Positions 60,701 through 64,000 of a stretch of DNA of 64,000 bases are shown piece after piece. This stretch comes from Callorhinchus milii (lineage: Eukaryota). Every line of letters begins with the position of its first letter. Within the stretch, counting starts at the first letter, position 1. The stretch is taken from NCBI RefSeq assembly GCF_018977255.1, contig NW_024704742.1, positions 137,516,001 through 137,580,000 on the forward strand. The letters are read 5' to 3'. Made by a program: the position numbers and the translations under genes. Under the pieces are notes generated by a model that was not told the DNA's origin, made no database searches, and worked only from the letters and a program-made list of their open reading frames with translations.

Positions 60701-61466
60701 AGTCCTGTTTGTCTATTGAGGTTTTTTTGGCTCAGCCAAGTGTAGAAACCCATCACCGTTCTCAAGAGTATCCAAACCAGATTGAGAGTTATATAATCTT
60801 TGCTTTTGATGTAGCGCTTTTCCCGTCTTCTAGACTTTGCAAAGCCTTCACAGAATATACTGTAAATTGAATTGACTATATTTGTGGGCAAAACGCGGTA
60901 GCGAATTGCATATAGCAGCGCTCCACAAACAGTCGTGGATTGAAGCGACCAATTTATTTTCTTTCTTTCTTGAGTAAGGAAACTTGCCCAAGGTTTCGCC
61001 CTTCTGGGAATCAATCCCAGGTCTCTTGCTTGCAAGGCTAGTGTTCTAACCACTGAGCTACATTATATATGTCCCCTCACATGGAAGTTTGCCGGCATCT
61101 GGAATGCAATGTGCTGCTGGAAAAGAGAATGAAATTTCTCTGTCCTGGTGTCTTGGCCATCATTGCTACAAAAATAATTGGTCTCTCGTTTCATGGCTGT
61201 TTGTGGGACATTTCGAAAGCAAATTCGCTGCCAAGTTTGCTGATCAAGAACACAGTCACTACACTTGACAGCGATTCTCTTTGAGACATTTGGATCTTAG
61301 AGTCGTGAAAGTAAATGTGAGAGTTTTTATAAACTTTAACGTGGGTCACACGTTATATCAGAGCTCTCAGCAAGTGGTGGGACATGTCCTGACTCCATTT
61401 GTTTCTCTTCCAGATGTGATTTATGCTGTTGTCACCAAATCGAAGGGGAGATCAGCTGAGCAGTGA
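48721..61466 (+). CDS. SIGLEC15-like: Siglec-15-like type I membrane receptor, leader-V-V-C2-stalk-TM-cytoplasmic tail with two ITIMs; 9 exons, 1539 nt, 512 aa
   Basis: Exons 48721-48772, 49793-50182, 51848-52231, 55585-56025, 57325-57361, 58248-58309, 59170-59229, 59942-60001, 61414-61466, all AG/GT and in phase. V1 (WTMETP...[12 protein letters not shown]...GNTRKND...CCVELQGE...YE...RLIVT) and C2 (VCTAEGEPP...HLTVGEI...[13 protein letters not shown]) align with recalled human Siglec-15 motifs ([41 protein letters not shown]). C2 and TM share one exon. The gene neighbours PSTPIP2, as SIGLEC15 does on human 18q21. Confidence 0.85.
49793..50182 (+). CDS. SIGLEC15-like: Siglec-15-like V-set domain 1 exon
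   Basis: ttcacag| ... |gtgagg, 390 nt, phase 1-1; B-strand Cys (VYCKF), C-strand Trp (IMWKAG), F-strand SCCVE. Confidence 0.92.
51848..52231 (+). CDS. SIGLEC15-like: Siglec-15-like V-set domain 2 exon
   Basis: gtctcag| ... |gtaaga, 384 nt, phase 1-1; [23 protein letters not shown]. Confidence 0.93.
53330..55400. mobile_element. CR1 and L2 fragments in the Siglec-like V2-C2 intron
   Basis: [12 protein letters not shown] (CR1, -); L2 3' part at 53700-54300 (+); CR1 3' end at 54820-55400 (+). Confidence 0.75.
55585..56025 (+). CDS. SIGLEC15-like: Siglec-15-like C2-set + stalk + transmembrane exon
   Basis: acttgaag| ... |gtaggt, 441 nt; CTAEGEPP...W...YRC; uncharged [24 protein letters not shown] at 55953-56018, then KR. 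Confidence 0.92.
56530..56770. repeat. Minisatellite of about 65-70 bp, about 3.5 copies; single related units upstream of both C2 exons and near 4710
   Basis: cagacacagtgggagagagcagggactgggattagagtagagagctccagtgggggagcgagcaccagca. Confidence 0.88.
57325..57361 (+). CDS. SIGLEC15-like: Siglec-15-like cytoplasmic exon [12 protein letters not shown]
   Basis: ctcttcag| ... |gtgaga, 37 nt, phase 1 to 2. Confidence 0.72.
58248..58309 (+). CDS. SIGLEC15-like: Siglec-15-like cytoplasmic exon [21 protein letters not shown]
   Basis: T-rich acceptor tttttag| ... |gtaact, 62 nt, phase 2 to 1. Confidence 0.72.
59170..59229 (+). CDS. SIGLEC15-like: Siglec-15-like cytoplasmic ITIM exon [20 protein letters not shown]
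   Basis: gaacag| ... |gtaaga, 60 nt, phase 1-1; VIYSEV fits (I/V/L/S)xYxx(L/V). Confidence 0.8.
59942..60001 (+). CDS. SIGLEC15-like: Duplicated cytoplasmic exon [20 protein letters not shown] (ITIM Tyr replaced by Cys)
   Basis: ctgacag| ... |gtaaga, 60 nt, phase 1-1; paralog of 59170-59229; inclusion in mRNA not proven. Confidence 0.65.
60085..60540 (+). mobile_element. Old Deu-domain tRNA SINE (SacSINE1-like); remnants also near 6920-7030, 8810-8960 -, 12215-12430, 41670-41870, 59380-59650
   Basis: cctctcagtcagaaggttgtgg head; gatgagacattaaactg...ttcaggtggatg...aaagagga Deu-like core; (TTG)n tail. Confidence 0.75.
61414..61466 (+). CDS. SIGLEC15-like: Siglec-15-like terminal exon [17 protein letters not shown]
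   Basis: ctcttccag|, ITIM VIYAVV, TGA at 61464-61466. Confidence 0.78.
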
Positions 61467-62973
61467 ACACTGGTCCCGCCCAGAGTCTGCTGTCCGCCAT
61501 TTATACAGGTGAGACCTGTAGTGACTTATATCGAGCCCGGAACAGCAGTCAATGCATCAACATTGTACAGTCCGGTCCCCGAGAGCTCGGCTCATTATAG
61601 TCCGAGTGTGTGTATAGCGCGGCTGTGGCTTGCGGCCCTGCTATATGTGAACACGTTATTGCTGTGTATTCACGGGCGGCCCCGAGGTCTGCAATTTACA
61701 ATTGTGTTTATCTCCACTTCAGGGAAATCAAAGATGGTGGCGGTCTGGCCTGGAAGAGGAAGAGTCCATTCCCGGTCAGGAGGGACACACTGCCACTTGG
61801 TGGCCATTCCAGCATTGAATAGTTGATTGATTACTGTGTTTTTTAACAGATATTTTAGATCTGCTTTCAAATAATAATAATAATCCTTGCAGTTGATATA
61901 GCGCCTCATCACATCTTCGAAACATCTCAAAGCCCTTTTGTGGGCGAAACGTGGCAGCAATTGCGCACATCAGTGTTCCACAAACAGTCGTGGATTGAGT
62001 GATCAAATTATTACTAATGATCATTTTTTTAAGGTATTATTATCCCTGGAAAGTGATCCGCCATTCGACTAACAACTGGGTTCCTAGTTACTGCTCAGTA
62101 AACAGGGGCGGGTGGAGTTAGGAAACTTGTCCGACGTTTCGCCCTGCCCGGGAATCAAACACAAATCCTAGACCTGTGCTCTAACCACTAACATACAGGA
62201 CTACACGTGCTTAGTGATTACCAGTAAAGTGTTATACTGTAGTTTCTATAAAAAATGCAAGGTATTGTGTTTAACTCCAATTGCTGTAACTGTGTGCTGT
62301 CTTTACACACTGGGCCACTGGGGCGCACTGCAGGACAGTCATTGGTTCACAGACCAGTGGAGAATCTATCTGAATGTTTTCTAACTGAGTGGGTTCCTTG
62401 ATTATTAAACCTCTGTGTCTCACTTACCTGTGGAAACGTTGCTTATTCTGGGAGCCGACCCTGATTGTAGATTCATGGCTGGGCTTGGAATTCATTCCCA
62501 CGAGCGGCTGCGAAGGCCGGAACAAGAGAATTGCTCAAAAGGGAACTGGATAAATACCTGAAAGGATTGAGGATGTGAGGAGAGAGTGGGGAGGTTCGAA
62601 ACACAGGGAGCGGAGGGCAGACAGAAAAGGGGAAAGGGCTCCGTGGGCTGAAAATGTCTGTTTCTATATTTCCCAGAGACCAAAAAAGTGTTTGAATCCC
62701 AACTCTCAGCTTGATTGAAAACCCTCGACTGTCCAGCGCCTGGAAGGAGGTCCTCCTGGCCTGAAAATCGCTGCAATTTATTGTTGTTGTTGTACTGCAA
62801 GGACTGGAGGCGTTACCCGGAGTCCAAGTTTGTAAACACACGTTTGTACATCCAGCATCTGGAATCCACCTTGACTGACTTGTTGAGAGGCCAGCAGCAA
62901 CCGCTGTTTAAACTCTGCACGTTTAACTGGTGGAACCGTCGCTCAATGGGAAGGGACATGTGCTCAAGCTGAG

Positions 62974-63295
62974 ATAATAATAATAATCCTTGCATTTGAT
63001 ATAGCGCTTTGCACGTCTTCTCGACGTCCCAAAGCGCTTCACAGAACACACTGTAAAGTGAATTGACTGTATATTTATGGGCGAACGCGGCAGCCAATTG
63101 CGCACAGCAATGTCCCACAAACAGTCATAGAGTGAAAATGACCAATTTATTATTGTTTTTGGTTTTGGAGGGATTATTATTAGGCTCTGTGTGGAGTAAG
63201 GAAACTTGCCCAAGATTTCGCCCTCTGCCTGGAATTGAACTCAGGTCTCTCGTTTGCAAAAGCGAGTGCTCTAATCACTGAGCTACAGGACTCCA
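62974..63295 (-). mobile_element. Young SINE, full length
   Basis: Same family as 30011-30337. Confidence 0.9.
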
Positions 63296-63499
63296 CGAGA
63301 TACTTTATGCTGAGATATGTTGCCCACTGGGAAGCTTGTAGGGAGTTCCTACCATCTACCTAGTGTGGACTCAAACTCGCAATTGTCGGATGCTGTAAGA
63401 CCAACTGGTGACTATCTTCCTTGGGGTCTACTTGGAACTAAACTGCAGCAGGACTTGGAAGAGCAGACCATACAATGGGAGCAGGGAATTCTCTCACTC

Positions 63500-64000
63500 A
63501 TGTTCCAGTTCCCCTCTCGACTCTCTACCCCCTCCTCGCTCCCTCCCTTTCCTCCCCTCACCCTGACCATTTCCTCCCTGCTCGGGTCCTGACCCAACTG
63601 TCCAGCGCCTTGGGACGTCCTCCCGACGTGAAAGGCGCTCTATAAATGGAATCTTGTTGGTGTTGTCGTTGTTCACCCCATGTCTGAACCATTGGGGAGC
63701 ATATAGATATTGAAAAGGAGGGGACCAAGGACAGAGCCCTGAAGAATTCCGCATGAGTGGGGTGGAGGCTAAAGGAGAAACCGTTTGTGGAGATGAAGTG
63801 GAGGCGGTGTGAGAGGTATGATCTGAACCAGGTCAAGGACAGAGCCACAAAGGTTGAGGTGAGGAGAGGTGGTGAATGAGGATAGAGTGATCGACGGTGT
63901 CGAAGGCAGCAGAGAGGTCAAGGAGGATGAGGAGGCAGAGGGAGCCCTGGTTGCAGATGGACAGAATATCATTTGTCACTTAGACAAGGGCGGCTTCTCT
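63500..64000. mobile_element. L2 3' tail (+, 63500-63672) joined to an L2 RT fragment (-)
   Basis: Hairpin tail and (TTG)n; the antisense part matches the L2 RT at 600-760 and 1060-1200. Confidence 0.85.

Noticed and set aside
1-64000. Prokaryotic or phage systems (operons, CRISPR-Cas, defence islands)
   Set aside because: Spliceosomal gene structure and vertebrate retroelements throughout; no dense ORF packing or bacterial motifs.

Overview
This is vertebrate genomic DNA, not prokaryotic. The repeat landscape (CR1/L2 LINEs, Deu-domain and CORE-domain tRNA SINEs, a shark-type Penelope element) points to a cartilaginous fish; a chimaera is plausible but is inference. Two spliced + strand genes were reconstructed by hand with canonical AG/GT sites and consistent phases. 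(1) PSTPIP2 (F-BAR, no SH3): 13 coding exons at 10827-25220; the first exon was not found. (2) A Siglec-15-derived immune receptor at 48721-61466, 9 exons, about 512 aa, with architecture leader-V-V-C2-stalk-TM-ITIM tail. It lacks the sialic-acid-binding Arg in both V-sets, has no charged TM residue, and carries a tandemly duplicated tail exon in which the ITIM Tyr became Cys. A deleted and frameshifted paralog (38669-39890) and an orphan leader exon (47972-48016) show local birth-and-death of this family. An intronless, still-open CD40-like TNF-receptor C-terminal fragment lies antisense in the PSTPIP2 intron at 10928-15584 (13185-13448). The remainder is mostly LINE/SINE debris, a Penelope fragment with a hammerhead-like motif, minisatellites, a roughly 1 kb tandem duplication and two N gaps. 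Comparisons with human proteins are from memory and need database confirmation.
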